From: Candidatus Bathyarchaeia archaeon
GTDB lineage: Archaea > Thermoproteota > Bathyarchaeia > Bathyarchaeales > Bathycorpusculaceae
Assembly (NCBI GenBank): GCA_038883775.1
Contig: JAVZLM010000005.1
Coordinates: forward strand, 32,001 to 96,000
DNA: 64,000 bases
Reading direction: 5' to 3'
The notes beneath the pieces are model-generated. The model worked only from the letters and a program-made list of their open reading frames with translations. It was not told the DNA's origin and did no database searches. This document shows positions 38,344-49,462 of the stretch, piece after piece. The first letter of the stretch is position 1. Each line of letters begins with the position of its first letter. The position numbers and the translations under genes are program-made.

Positions 38344-38864
38344 TTATAGCTTTTAATAAATTGTTTCTGGATTTCAATAACTGCTAAGCTATCTGCAGCT
38401 TTTGCGTAGCTTTCAAGCTTTTCTTTGTTTATTTCGATGAAAGTGTGTCCCCACTTAAATATGGAAAGAAGCCTTTGCGCTTCTTCTTTGAATCCAGCTA
38501 TGTATAGGGCTCCAGCTAAAGCCTCAACAGTGCTAAGTTGGGTTGGCTTGCCAAAGTTGATTGGGTTTCCGGCAACCAAAACTGGTAAGCAGCGAGCGGT
38601 TCCTCTCACGTGTTTTGATAAAACTTTTTGGGCATGTTCCCAACTGCAATCTAAGGCAGCTAATCCAAATTTTTCTATGCGTTGCCTATCCGCTGGAGAA
38701 AAGGCTATTTCCGAAAAGGGGTTAAGCACAACAGCCCTTTTCGGCAAGAACTTTATTTGATTTACCATGCGGATTAGCCCGTGGCGTTTGAGCTTTAGGG
38801 CTGTACACTTTTTAGGGTCGCATTGCCCAGCATGATAAACAACAATTCTAACTCTTTCTTGCAC
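38340..38864 (-). CDS. tsr3: rRNA aminocarboxypropyltransferase Tsr3 (DUF367)
   Basis: CDPKKCT, DCSW, NPINFG, LSTVEA and FKWGHTF. Confidence 0.93.
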   Translation of the reverse strand: MQERVRIVVYHAGQCDPKKCTALKLKRHGLIRMVNQIKFLPKRAVVLNPFSEIAFSPADRQRIEKFGLAALDCSWEHAQKVLSKHVRGTARCLPVLVAGNPINFGKPTQLSTVEALAGALYIAGFKEEAQRLLSIFKWGHTFIEINKEKLESYAKAADSLAVIEIQKQFIKSYN

Positions 38865-40392
38865 TGTTCTTGCGCACCTTCAAGTGGCTCATGGGGTCAT
38901 CTAAAACTTTCGGAATCCACTGCAGCAAATCACTGGAAACCATGTGGCAACCCTTCTCTTCAAAAACAAAGTCTCCAGCGGCACCATTAACAAAGGCTCC
39001 AGCCACAGCAGCCTCAAAAGGATCGCACTGTTGGGCTAAGAGGGCGCCCACAATTCCCGAAAGCACGTCTCCTGTTCCGCCAACGGTCATGCCTGGGTTT
39101 CCAGTAAAGTTGAGTTTGAAGCGTTTTTCGTCGCAGATTATGTCCACTGGACCTTTCAAAAGTATTACAGCGCCCAATTCTGCCGCTGTCTTCTGCACTT
39201 CATAAACCCTTTCCTTCAAACTTTCCGGAAGCCGCCTTCCCGTGAGTGTAACATATTCACCAGCGTGGGGTGTCAAAACTAAAGGCACATTTAACTTTCT
39301 TTTGAATTCTGAAAAAGCTTTAAGCGCATCCGCATCTAAAAGCAAAGGTTTCCCAGCCATTTCCACAGCCTCCACAACAGCCTTTACTGCTTCTCGCGTT
39401 TCCACATGCAACCCAAGACCCGGTCCCAAAACGACTGCGTTTGCTATTTCTATGTAGGTTTTCAACATTGGTATATTGCTTATGTTTAGGTGTTTTCCCT
39501 CAAGCTTTATTGTGATTAAATCTGGTGACATGGAAGAAATGGTATAGGCGGTTTTCTCCGGCGCAGCAATATAAGCTAAATCCACGCCAGTTCGTAGAGC
39601 GGCCAAAGCAACAAAGGCGGGAGCCCCAGAAAAGCTTTCGCTTCCTCCAATTACAAGTAGGCGCCCAAAATCTCCTTTATGGGACTCCGAAGGGCGAGGT
39701 TTAACAACCAGCGAAACGTCTCCTGGTCCTGCAAAGTTTTCAAAATCTTTTGGTAACCCTATGTCTTTTACTTTTAATTCGCCAATATAATCTCTTGCTT
39801 TTTCGAGTCCCTGCTTTGTTTTGTGGAAAGTTATGGTTAGGTCGGCTTTGACGGCTTCGCCTAAAATTTCTCCGGTGTCCGAGTCGATTCCCGTTGGTAC
39901 GTCAACTGCAATCTTGAAGGCGTTCATAGAGTTGATTTTTTGGACAAGCTGCAAAATTGGCGGTCTCAATTTTCCTTTAGTGCCTATCCCAAGTAAGGCA
40001 TCGACCACGATATCTGCTTTTATTTCGGGTATGAGTATGCTATCATAAACTTCGTAGATTGGAATTGTTTCCTTCAAAAATTGTAGGGCTTCCCAGTTTT
40101 TTAATGCCGCCTTGTCTGTTATTTCTTTGGCTTTTCCAGCAAGAATTACCGTGACTTTAAAGCCAAATGAGGAAAGATGCCTAGCGATAACGAAACCGTC
40201 GCCGCCATTCCCGCCTAATCCGCAGAAAACTGCAACACTTTTTTCCGGTGGGAATCGCGAAGCAACCTCCAAAGCCACATTATGCCCAGCATTCTCCATT
40301 AATTGAAGTCTGGAAACACCAAAATATTCGCTGTTTAGCTCTAACGCCCGCATCTCTCGGCTGGTTATGACACTTTCACTTTTTTCCAGCAT
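38848..40392 (-). CDS. nnr: Bifunctional NAD(P)HX epimerase/dehydratase
   Basis: LMENAG, GNGGDG, HKGDFG, TPHAGE and GGTGDVL. Confidence 0.93.
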   Translation of the reverse strand: MLEKSESVITSREMRALELNSEYFGVSRLQLMENAGHNVALEVASRFPPEKSVAVFCGLGGNGGDGFVIARHLSSFGFKVTVILAGKAKEITDKAALKNWEALQFLKETIPIYEVYDSILIPEIKADIVVDALLGIGTKGKLRPPILQLVQKINSMNAFKIAVDVPTGIDSDTGEILGEAVKADLTITFHKTKQGLEKARDYIGELKVKDIGLPKDFENFAGPGDVSLVVKPRPSESHKGDFGRLLVIGGSESFSGAPAFVALAALRTGVDLAYIAAPEKTAYTISSMSPDLITIKLEGKHLNISNIPMLKTYIEIANAVVLGPGLGLHVETREAVKAVVEAVEMAGKPLLLDADALKAFSEFKRKLNVPLVLTPHAGEYVTLTGRRLPESLKERVYEVQKTAAELGAVILLKGPVDIICDEKRFKLNFTGNPGMTVGGTGDVLSGIVGALLAQQCDPFEAAVAGAFVNGAAGDFVFEEKGCHMVSSDLLQWIPKVLDDPMSHLKVRKNSARKS

Positions 40393-40505
40393 ACCAAAAC
40401 CTAATAGTTTAATGCCTAAAATAGAAGATAAGCCTATCCATGCTATTCAAAATTTAGCAAAATATTTTAATGCATAAAGATAAAACATTAAGTGAGGAGA
40501 ATTTC

Positions 40506-40745
40506 ATGCCAACAGCCTTTGTGTTGATAAATACTGAGATAGGCTCAGAAGCAGATGTGCTAAAAGACCTTAAGAAAGTGGAGGGAGTGGACGAAGCCTT
40601 CGCTGTTTATGGCGTATATGACATTGTTGCAAGGGTTAAAGCAGAATCCATGGATAAGCTTAAGGAAATTGTAACCTGGCGAATAAGGAGACTTGATAAG
40701 GTTAGGTCAACTTTAACAATGATTGTTGTGGAAGAGTCGAAATAA
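40506..40745 (+). CDS. Lrp/AsnC ligand-binding (RAM) domain protein
   Basis: AFVLIN, VYGVYD and STLTMIV. Confidence 0.9.
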   Translation: MPTAFVLINTEIGSEADVLKDLKKVEGVDEAFAVYGVYDIVARVKAESMDKLKEIVTWRIRRLDKVRSTLTMIVVEESK

Positions 40746-40808
40746 CAAAACTTCCTCTTTTTTATTTACCTAAGCTTTCCTTTATTCATCAAGAATGGGA
40801 CACCATAA

Positions 40809-42146
40809 ATGACAAAACAAATCATGCACATAGGACTGGACGATACAGACTCCATAAGAAGAGGATGCACAACATACATTGCCGCCCTCTTAGTGGAAAA
40901 ACTGCAAAAATTAAATGCCAACTTCATTGATTACCCAAACCTAATTAGATTAAATCCTAACGTGCCATGGAAAACTAGGGGAAACGGAGCCCTCTGCCTA
41001 AGAATACAATACAATAAAAATGTTGAGGAAAAAATCAAAGAATTAGCCATAAGTATGGTGGAGGAGAATGCGGATTTAGAATTTAAAGGCACAGACCCAG
41101 GCATAGTCTTCTTTAAAGGAAAACACATACCAAATGAGATCAAAAATTTTGCCAAGAACACAATCACTGGAATTGTAAGTCTAAAAGAGGCATTAAAACT
41201 TCTGAAAAAGTTTGGGGCGGAAGCGGTTGGCTTCAAAAAGGGTAGAGGCATAATTGGCAGTTTAGCAGCGGTTGGCGAAACCCTTCACGGAGATCACACC
41301 TACGAGATACTTGCGTATCGTGTCCCAGAAAATTGCGGTTCAAAAAGAAGGGTGGATGAGGCTTCAATTTTTGAAATGGATAAGGCTACAGCGCCCTACA
41401 CGTTCAATAATGTGGACCAAGAAAAGCACAGAGTAATCATTACGCCGAGGGGACCAGACCCGATTCTTTTTGGAATTAGGGGTGAAACTCCAGAAATTGT
41501 AAAGAAGGCATTTGTCATGGTTAAGCCTTTTGAGCCTATAGAACGATGGGTTATATTTCGAACAAATCAAGGAACAGATGCGCATTTAAAAAGGGTTGCA
41601 AAACTGAGCGAAGTTAAGCCTTACCATCCAGTTATAGCTAGAGGAATTGTGGCGGCGAATCCAAAAATGATTCCTCGAAGGCATGTGATTTTCTCAATTG
41701 AAGATGACAGCGCTCAAGTGGACTGTGCAGCCTACGAGCCTACAGGCGTTCTTCGCCGTGCCACAATGAAGTTATTGGTTGGGGATTACGTTGAAGTTTA
41801 TGGTGGGGTAAGGGCGCCATCAAAAAAGAATCCATTAACTATAAACCTTGAAAAGATTCGGCTGTTGAAGTTGGCGCCAAAAATTGTTTACCAAAATCCA
41901 GTGTGCACTAAATGTGGAAAACGATTGAAATCCATAGGAAAGTATAAGGGTTTTAGATGCGAAAATTGCGGTTCTAGATACGTTAACATTGGGAAAGTTA
42001 AGGTTAAAATGAAACGAGAAATAAGAAAAGGACTTTACATAACATCCACCAGGTCTCAAAGACATTTAACAAAGCCTTTTAGGCGTTATGGAATGGAAAA
42101 ACACAAAATAAACGGAAAGCTAATTGATTGTTGGCATTTTCCTTAA
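40809..42146 (+). CDS. tiaS: tRNA(Ile2) agmatinylcytidine synthetase
   Basis: GLDDTDS..GCTT, WKTRGNG, TNQGTD and RHLTKP. Confidence 0.95.
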   Translation: MTKQIMHIGLDDTDSIRRGCTTYIAALLVEKLQKLNANFIDYPNLIRLNPNVPWKTRGNGALCLRIQYNKNVEEKIKELAISMVEENADLEFKGTDPGIVFFKGKHIPNEIKNFAKNTITGIVSLKEALKLLKKFGAEAVGFKKGRGIIGSLAAVGETLHGDHTYEILAYRVPENCGSKRRVDEASIFEMDKATAPYTFNNVDQEKHRVIITPRGPDPILFGIRGETPEIVKKAFVMVKPFEPIERWVIFRTNQGTDAHLKRVAKLSEVKPYHPVIARGIVAANPKMIPRRHVIFSIEDDSAQVDCAAYEPTGVLRRATMKLLVGDYVEVYGGVRAPSKKNPLTINLEKIRLLKLAPKIVYQNPVCTKCGKRLKSIGKYKGFRCENCGSRYVNIGKVKVKMKREIRKGLYITSTRSQRHLTKPFRRYGMEKHKINGKLIDCWHFP

Positions 42147-42154
42147 TTTTTTCT

Positions 42155-42391
42155 TTACTCGTTTACTTTGAAAATTTCGCACAGCATTTGATAAAGCTCA
42201 TCGCCGCCCTCCACTTTCGAAAACAGATCTTTTTCGGCTTTAAGCAATCGTCCCATGGTTTGATAGGTTCTTCTCCATTCCAGTTCCTGCCACATCATGC
42301 GGTAATGTTTCTGTTCAATCCAAGCCCTAAAAATCAAGACAGCAAACATACCCAACGTAACTATAAGATTTAATATGTAAAGGTCCAGCAA
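42155..42391 (-). CDS. Small hypothetical membrane protein
   Basis: One TM; strong SD GGAGGTG. Confidence 0.7.
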   Translation of the reverse strand: MLDLYILNLIVTLGMFAVLIFRAWIEQKHYRMMWQELEWRRTYQTMGRLLKAEKDLFSKVEGGDELYQMLCEIFKVNE

Positions 42392-42472
42392 ACCCTTTTC
42401 ACCTCCTTTCTTTTATTTAGCAAAATACATTTAAATCAAACTTGCGATAGCACTTCAAAAGAGAGATATCCT

Positions 42473-42781
42473 ATGAGCGAAATTATTTCGCCGCTTGCTT
42501 ATCAGTTGGGGTTAGGAGGCATAGGCGGTTTCATAGTTGGATATGCTGTAAAAAAGCTAAGCAAGCTAATAGCCATTTTAATAGGCTTATTTATAATAGC
42601 ACTAATTTATCTAAGCACACAAGGGATATTAAGCATAAATTATGAGAGACTTTTTGATTCATTAAAAAATGCTTTGGGATTGGTGGGTCAAGCAGCAGAA
42701 TGGTTCATTAGCTTAATATCGCTACTTCCCTTCATGGGAAGCTTTGTTGTTGGTTTCCTGCTTGGCTTTAAGCTTGGGTAG
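42473..42781 (+). CDS. FUN14 family membrane protein
   Basis: GFIVGYAVKK and C-terminal GFLLGFKLG. Confidence 0.85.
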   Translation: MSEIISPLAYQLGLGGIGGFIVGYAVKKLSKLIAILIGLFIIALIYLSTQGILSINYERLFDSLKNALGLVGQAAEWFISLISLLPFMGSFVVGFLLGFKLG

Positions 42782-42858
42782 TGAAATAGTTTAAATTTGT
42801 GAAGCTCTTTAATCCATTGGAACTTGAAATTAAAGAATTTATTGGAGTGTCTTAAACG

Positions 42859-45660
42859 TTGGAGAAAAAGTTTCCAGCAGAGGAGTACAGCGTCCCATTC
42901 TTTAAGGAAATGGATTATGTGAGGAAGCTTTGTCCAAAATGTGGAGATTATTTTTGGACGCAAAATCCAGAGCAACAAACTTGCGGAGAAGCAAGAAAGG
43001 AAGGTTGCGCTTTTTACACTTTTATAGAAAACCCGCCCACAAAGAGAAGCTACACTTTTGGCGAGATGCGAGAGGCTTTCTTATCATTTTTTGAAAGGCA
43101 TGGGCATACCCGCATAAAGCCTTATCCCGTTGTAGCCCGATGGAGAGAAGACATTTACCTAACACATGCAAGCATCATCGACTTTCAACCCTACGTAACT
43201 GAGGGAATTGCTCCTCCACCAGCAAACCCCCTTGTGATTGTTCAGCCCTGCATTCGTTTAGTGGATATTGCCAACACTGGTCCAACTTTTGGAAAGTATG
43301 AAACTGTTTTTGAAATGGGGGGGCATCACGCATTTAATTATCCAGACAAGGAGGTTTATTGGAAAGACCAAACCGTAAGGTACCACCATGAGTTTGCTAC
43401 AAAAGAATTGGGCATTAAATCTGAGGAGATTGTTTACAAGGAAGAAGTTTGGTCTGGTGGCGGAAATGCTGGTCCATGTTTAGAAACTATTGTTCGAGGA
43501 CTGGAGCTTGCAACACTTGTTTTTATGCAATACAAAGTTATTAACAACGAATTCATCAAATTGCCCATAAGAACCGTCGACACCGGCTACGGCATTGACC
43601 GTTTTACATGGATCTCTCAAGGTGCGATCAGCGGTTTTCACGCAGTTTATGGAGAATTGCTTGACAAGATTTTTGAAATTGTGGGAATAACCAGCGTTGA
43701 CAAGGATTTGTTGGCGAAGGTGGCAAGAGTTTCCGGTTTGGTCAGTTTGGATAAAACAACTGGCATGTGGGAAGTTAGGAAAAAAGTGGCGGAAATTATT
43801 GGAGTGAAAGTTGAGGAACTAGACGCTTTTCTCTCGCCTATCGAAAATGCTTTCGCCGTGGCTGACCACACGAAATGTTTAAGTTTCATACTTTCCGAGG
43901 GCGTAGTTCCATCAAACATTCAGGAAGGCTATTTGGCGAGACTGCTTTTCCGCAGAATCTACCGACTATTAAAGATGTTGGGTGTTCCGGAAAAATTGCC
44001 AGACATTATAGACATGCAAATTAGTTTCTGGTCTAAGGATTATCCTCACCTTAAGGAGATGCGAGACGAAATAATGGAAATGCTTTCAGTTGAAAACGAA
44101 AAGTTTCAAGAAACAATAAAGAGGGGCGAGGGGCTGGTTAAGCGAATATCCAGCGAATTGAAAACCAGAAAGGCGCATGAAATTCCTGTGGAAACTTTGA
44201 CGGAGCTTTATGATTCTCATGGGCTTCCACCAGAAATTGTTAAGCAGATTGCGGAAGAAGAGGGGTTAAGCGTGAATATTCCAGAAAACTTCTACGCATT
44301 AATCGCAGAAAGACACATGCAAACAACAAAACCAGTAGAAGAAGAAGTTAAACCCGAAGAATGGTTGGAAAAAGAAGTTTCGGAACTCCCTCAAACAATA
44401 CCCCTCTATTATCAGGACCAATACATGAAAGAGTTTGATGCAACAGTCATCAAAGTAATAGATAATGATTATGTGGTTCTTGATGAGACATGCTTTTATC
44501 CAGAAGGCGGAGGACAACCAGCAGACACGGGCTATTTCCTATTCGACGGAAAAAGGGTTGATGTTGTTGACGTTAAAAAAGTCGGCAAAGTAATAGTCCA
44601 CAAAATTAAGGGCGAAGCCATTCCGAAAGAAGGCAGCATTGTTAAAGGTGTTATTGACTGGGAAAAGCGGTACAGTTTAATGAAGGCACATACAGCAACT
44701 CATTTAGTTAATGGCGCTGCAAGGCGTGTTTTGGGACAGCACGTTTGGCAGTTTGGAACACAAAAAGGCATTGAAACCTCAAGGCTGGACATATCCCATT
44801 ATCGCCGATTGACGCCAGAAGAAATTCACAAAATAGAAACTTTGGCAAATCAAGCAATTCTAAAAAACATGCCTGTGGAAACCCTTTGGATGCCAAGAAG
44901 CGAAGCAGAAAACCAATATGGTTTTAGACTCTATCAGGGCGGTGCGGTTCCAGGCAAAGAAATCCGCGTGGTAAAAACTGGAGACTGGGATGTAGAAGCG
45001 TGCGCTGGAACTCACTTGAAAAGCACAGGAGAGATCGGCTTCATAAAAATAATTCACACAGAAAGAATTCAAGATGGCGTTGAAAGACTCGTATATTCAG
45101 TCGGAATTCCCGCCCTAAAAACAGTACAAGAGAAGGAAAGGCTGCTATGGAAATTGTCGGAAATTTTGAACGCTCCAGTAGAAAAACTGGACAAAACAGC
45201 CGAAAAACTCGTGAAAGACTATAAGGAAGTCATAGCAGAAAGAAGAAGGCTGATTAAGGAATTAGCGGAACGGGAAAGCGCAAGTTTGGGAGCAAAACCA
45301 ACCGAAAAAATTAAAGAAATAAGCGGCGTCAAAATAGTAATACGCGATTTTCAAGATTCCATTGATGTTGACCGCATGGTTCAAACAGCCAACGAAACAA
45401 TCAAGAAGGACGATGCAACGGTTACAATATTTTATGGAAATGACGGAAAAAATGCGAGAATTATGGTTATGGTTGGTAAAGCTGCTCTGGAAAAAGGTGT
45501 AAACGCAAACGAAATTGTAAAAGAAGCATCAGCAATAATAGGCGGCGGAGGCGGTGGAAAACCAAACTTCGCCCAAGGCGGAGGAACAAAAATCGAAAAA
45601 CTAAAAGAGGCGGTTAAGAAAGCTGAAGAAATCTTGAAGAAACAATTAAAACCCGAATAG
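42859..45660 (+). CDS. alaS: Alanine--tRNA ligase
   Basis: DTGYG, ADHT, HTATH, CAGTH and GGGGKPNFAQGG. Confidence 0.97.
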   Translation: MEKKFPAEEYSVPFFKEMDYVRKLCPKCGDYFWTQNPEQQTCGEARKEGCAFYTFIENPPTKRSYTFGEMREAFLSFFERHGHTRIKPYPVVARWREDIYLTHASIIDFQPYVTEGIAPPPANPLVIVQPCIRLVDIANTGPTFGKYETVFEMGGHHAFNYPDKEVYWKDQTVRYHHEFATKELGIKSEEIVYKEEVWSGGGNAGPCLETIVRGLELATLVFMQYKVINNEFIKLPIRTVDTGYGIDRFTWISQGAISGFHAVYGELLDKIFEIVGITSVDKDLLAKVARVSGLVSLDKTTGMWEVRKKVAEIIGVKVEELDAFLSPIENAFAVADHTKCLSFILSEGVVPSNIQEGYLARLLFRRIYRLLKMLGVPEKLPDIIDMQISFWSKDYPHLKEMRDEIMEMLSVENEKFQETIKRGEGLVKRISSELKTRKAHEIPVETLTELYDSHGLPPEIVKQIAEEEGLSVNIPENFYALIAERHMQTTKPVEEEVKPEEWLEKEVSELPQTIPLYYQDQYMKEFDATVIKVIDNDYVVLDETCFYPEGGGQPADTGYFLFDGKRVDVVDVKKVGKVIVHKIKGEAIPKEGSIVKGVIDWEKRYSLMKAHTATHLVNGAARRVLGQHVWQFGTQKGIETSRLDISHYRRLTPEEIHKIETLANQAILKNMPVETLWMPRSEAENQYGFRLYQGGAVPGKEIRVVKTGDWDVEACAGTHLKSTGEIGFIKIIHTERIQDGVERLVYSVGIPALKTVQEKERLLWKLSEILNAPVEKLDKTAEKLVKDYKEVIAERRRLIKELAERESASLGAKPTEKIKEISGVKIVIRDFQDSIDVDRMVQTANETIKKDDATVTIFYGNDGKNARIMVMVGKAALEKGVNANEIVKEASAIIGGGGGGKPNFAQGGGTKIEKLKEAVKKAEEILKKQLKPE

Positions 45661-45791
45661 TTAGGGAAAGAGAGTAAAGGATTAATGCAAGTTCTGTTAT
45701 GACTTGATATGGTGTTTAAACGTGAGGAATAGCGTTCTCTGTCCGTGAAAACAAAACCTTTAATATCCCTCAAACCAATTCAGAAAGTTTT

Positions 45792-48671
45792 ATGGAATTT
45801 TTAAAGAAAATAGAAGAAAAATGGCAAAAACAATGGGAAACAGCAAAAATCTTTGAGGCAAACCCAGATCCAAACAAAAAGAAATTCTTCATAACCTTCC
45901 CATATCCATACATGAATGGACCCCTCCACGTAGGCCACGGCTTCACAGCCTCCCGCGTAGACGTATACGCACGATTCAAAAGAATGCAAGGCTACAACGT
46001 GCTCTGGCCATGGGCATGGCATTGGACAGGCCAACCACTATTAGGTGCAAGCGAACGTGTAGCAAAGGGCGATGAAGAATTCATAAAAGTTTTAAGAGAA
46101 GTGGATGGCGTTCCAGAAGAAGAACTCAGAAAATTTAGTGACCCAATTTGCATGGCAACATACTATACAAACGATGGACGAACCGCCGCAAAAAAGGCCG
46201 GCTTCTCGATTGATTGGAGAAGAGAATTTAACACAATAATGCCCACTTATCAAAAATTTATAGAATGGCAATATGAAAACCTCAAAGCGAAAGGCTACGT
46301 TTCAAGAGGGACGCATCCAGTTGTTTGGTGTGCAAAATGTCAAAGCCCAACAGGAGACCATGACCGCCAAGTTGGAGAAGGCGTAACTCCAGAAGAATAC
46401 ACGCTAATAAAGTTTAAGCTAAATCATGAAACCATTTTGCCAGCAGCAACTTTCCGCCCCGAAACAATTTACGGCGTAACCAACATGTGGATAAATCCAG
46501 ACGCAACCTACGTCGAAGCTTTGGTAGACAGCGAAACTTGGATAATAAGCGAAGAGGCAGCCCAAAAAATGAAAGAGCAAGGGAGAAACGTGAAAATAAA
46601 ACGAACACTGAAAGGGAGAGAGCTCATAGGAAAAACCTTCGAAAACCCAGTAACAAAAGAACGTTTCCCGATACTTCCAGGATGGTTTGTCAACTCAAAA
46701 CAAGCAACAGGCGTTGTTTACAGCGTTCCAGCCCATGCACCATACGATTGGTTAGCCCTCAAAGACCTACAAGAAAAACCAGAAGTATTACAGGAGTTTG
46801 GCATAGACCCAGAAACTGTGAAGAAAATAAAGCCCATTTCCCTAATCAAAGTAGAAGGATTCGGCGAATATCCAGCCATCGAAATAGTGGAACAGTTAGG
46901 CGCCAAAAACCAGCACGACCCAAAGGCTGAAGAAGCAACAAAAATACTCTACAAGAAGGAATTTCATGGCGGAATCCTAAAAGAAAACTGCATGGAATAT
47001 TCTGGAAAAATAGTTAGAGAAGTGAAGGAAAACCTAATAAAGGATTTTAAAAACCGCGGAATCGTAGACTCAATGTATGACCTACCACAACCAGTGGTTT
47101 GCCGCTGTCTAACGCCATGCATCGTCAAAGTCTTGCAAGACCAATGGTTCCTAAACTATTCAGACTCAGAATGGAAAGAAAAAGCAAAAGAAGCCATAAA
47201 TCAGATGAAAATTTACCCAGAAACCGCAACCCAATGGTTCTTAACAGTAATTGACTGGTTGAAAGAGTGGGCTTGCGCAAGAAGAACAGGATTCGGCACA
47301 CCATTACCATGGGGAGAAGGTTGGATTATAGAGACGCTAAGCGACTCAACAATTTACATGGCTTTCTACACAATAAACAAACACATAAAAGAAAACAATA
47401 TACCGCCGGAGAAGCTCACTAAAGAAGTTTTCAACTACATTTTCTATGGAGAAGGAAACGCGGATACAATAGCCGCACAAACTGGAATAGAAGCCAAAAC
47501 TCTCGAAGAAATGCGAAAAGAATTCCTATACTGGTATCCAGTGGACTTAAGAGTTTCAGCCAAAGAACTCGTCCCCAACCACCTAACATTCTTCGTATTC
47601 CACCACACAGCGCTTTTCCCACCGCAACACTGGCCAAAAGGAATAGGCGTAAACGGCATGCTAATGATAGAAGGGAAACAAATGCATAGGCATCTGGGAA
47701 ACTTCATACCCCTAAAAAAAGCCATAGAAAAATATGGGGCAGATGCCACGAGATGCGCCTTATTATTAGCTGCGGAGGGAATGGATGACCCAGACTGGAG
47801 AAGCGAAAACGTTAAAGACATACAAAATAAACTCGAAACATTCTATAATTTTGCAAAAAACATAATAGAACAAGCCAAAAGCACAGAAACTGGACACATG
47901 GAGAAATGGCTCATGAGCATCTTACAACACCGCATAAAAGAAGTCACAGAAAATTTGGAAGAAATGAAAACAAGAACAGCCCTAGAAATCGCTTTATTCG
48001 AAACATGGAACGACTTTCGCTGGTATATACAAAGAAAAAAGACAATAGAATCTAAGACTCTAAAAGAAGCCCTAAAAACATGGCTAAAATTGCTCGCACC
48101 ATTTGCACCGCACATATGTGAAGAATTGTGGAGCGAAATGGAAGAAGAGAGTTTCATCTCACTTGCTGAATGGCCAAAAATTAATGAAGAGCAAATAGAC
48201 ATACTAGCAGAGGAAAAGGAAAACTTCATAGAAGACTTAATCGAAGACACATTAAATGTCTTAAAAGCAACAAAAATCACTCCCCAAAAAATATTCTATT
48301 ACACAGCCAACTCATGGAAATGGAAAGTCTACCAAAAAATTTTAGAGAAATCAAAACGTGGAGAAGTAAAACTAAACGAACTCATGAAAGAATTCACCAC
48401 AGAAAAAGAATTGAAAGAAAAAATCAGAGAAGTCGTAAAATTCGCTTCAAACATCTTAAAAGAAATAAAATTAATACCAGAAAACAGAAGAGAAAGCATA
48501 TTACAAATAAAACTCGACGAAAAAAGGATAATTGAAGATGCAAAGGAATTTTTAATTGAAAAATTCAAGGCGCAAATCATTGTCTATACCGAAGATGACA
48601 AAGAAATTTATGATCCCCGACAAAGAGCAACAATAGCTATGCCGCTCCGACCAGCAATTTACATAGAATAA
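45792..48671 (+). CDS. leuS: Leucine--tRNA ligase (KMSKS replaced by QMHRH)
   Basis: PYPYMNGPLHVGH, ATFRPET, VPAHAPYD and LSDSTIY. Confidence 0.95.
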   Translation: MEFLKKIEEKWQKQWETAKIFEANPDPNKKKFFITFPYPYMNGPLHVGHGFTASRVDVYARFKRMQGYNVLWPWAWHWTGQPLLGASERVAKGDEEFIKVLREVDGVPEEELRKFSDPICMATYYTNDGRTAAKKAGFSIDWRREFNTIMPTYQKFIEWQYENLKAKGYVSRGTHPVVWCAKCQSPTGDHDRQVGEGVTPEEYTLIKFKLNHETILPAATFRPETIYGVTNMWINPDATYVEALVDSETWIISEEAAQKMKEQGRNVKIKRTLKGRELIGKTFENPVTKERFPILPGWFVNSKQATGVVYSVPAHAPYDWLALKDLQEKPEVLQEFGIDPETVKKIKPISLIKVEGFGEYPAIEIVEQLGAKNQHDPKAEEATKILYKKEFHGGILKENCMEYSGKIVREVKENLIKDFKNRGIVDSMYDLPQPVVCRCLTPCIVKVLQDQWFLNYSDSEWKEKAKEAINQMKIYPETATQWFLTVIDWLKEWACARRTGFGTPLPWGEGWIIETLSDSTIYMAFYTINKHIKENNIPPEKLTKEVFNYIFYGEGNADTIAAQTGIEAKTLEEMRKEFLYWYPVDLRVSAKELVPNHLTFFVFHHTALFPPQHWPKGIGVNGMLMIEGKQMHRHLGNFIPLKKAIEKYGADATRCALLLAAEGMDDPDWRSENVKDIQNKLETFYNFAKNIIEQAKSTETGHMEKWLMSILQHRIKEVTENLEEMKTRTALEIALFETWNDFRWYIQRKKTIESKTLKEALKTWLKLLAPFAPHICEELWSEMEEESFISLAEWPKINEEQIDILAEEKENFIEDLIEDTLNVLKATKITPQKIFYYTANSWKWKVYQKILEKSKRGEVKLNELMKEFTTEKELKEKIREVVKFASNILKEIKLIPENRRESILQIKLDEKRIIEDAKEFLIEKFKAQIIVYTEDDKEIYDPRQRATIAMPLRPAIYIE

Positions 48672-48770
48672 ATTATTCAATTGACAATTGCGACAATGAA
48701 CCTAAGATGGTTGGTGATTTCTTCTTTCGCTAACGTCGTCACCCAATATCACAATTTACTAATGAAATAG

Positions 48771-49148
48771 TTACAAGATTCTCGACATTAAACTCAGAGT
48801 GCGAGAATTAACCCTAATGTGATAATTCCTTCGTCCTCTACTGGTTGTTGTGACATAGAAATCTTTTCCTTCACGAAGTTTGCTTCCATACAAAAAGGCC
48901 AAAATGGTGCGACAAACATTCACGTTAGTTAATTTCTCATCTGCAACTCTCTTTTCAATCTCTTCTTGTAAAACTCTAGGATTAATTGTGTAAATAACCT
49001 CGGAATCTTGTCCCACTTTTTCGTAGTGTATCTCCATCTCTTTCAAAAGAAAGTTGACTATGTCATAATAGGGTGACTTGCGGTTTTGAATTAGAAATAT
49101 GTAATTAACTAGGGGGATGGGAATGTTAAAGCGGTGAATCTCTGAGAT
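48771..49148 (-). CDS. Hypothetical protein; proposed ATC start at 49148 (track start is TTG 49046)
   Basis: The frame stays open upstream to SD GGGAGGGGG (49162-49154). Confidence 0.6.
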   Translation of the reverse strand: MSEIHRFNIPIPLVNYIFLIQNRKSPYYDIVNFLLKEMEIHYEKVGQDSEVIYTINPRVLQEEIEKRVADEKLTNVNVCRTILAFLYGSKLREGKDFYVTTTSRGRRNYHIRVNSRTLSLMSRIL

Positions 49149-49273
49149 CTTCGCCCCCTCCCTAATAAAGTTAATTTAACGCTTATTTAAAAGCTTTAAG
49201 TAACATTTTTCTATAGAGAATTTTCAATTAATACAGATAAAATTATTATTTGTGCCCACTATCACATCTTGTA

Positions 49274-49368
49274 GGGTCCGTGGCGCAGCTTGGATAAGGC
49301 TAAATTCCAAAAAGCGCGTCGGCCTTCTAAGCCGGAGATCCTGGGTTCAAATCCCAGCGGACCCGCCA
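49274..49368 (+). tRNA. tRNA-Arg(TCT) with a ~17 nt D-loop intron; CCA encoded
   Basis: GGGTCCG/CGGACCC-G-CCA; TCGGC-CTTCTAA-GCCGG; insertion at ~49296-49313. Confidence 0.9.
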
Positions 49369-49462
49369 TTGTTCGTTTCGGAACGGAAATTTTAAATTAG
49401 TAATGCAATAATAAATGGTAAACGCTTTAAGATTGACGTGTCAGTGTATAAGGGGGGTTGCC

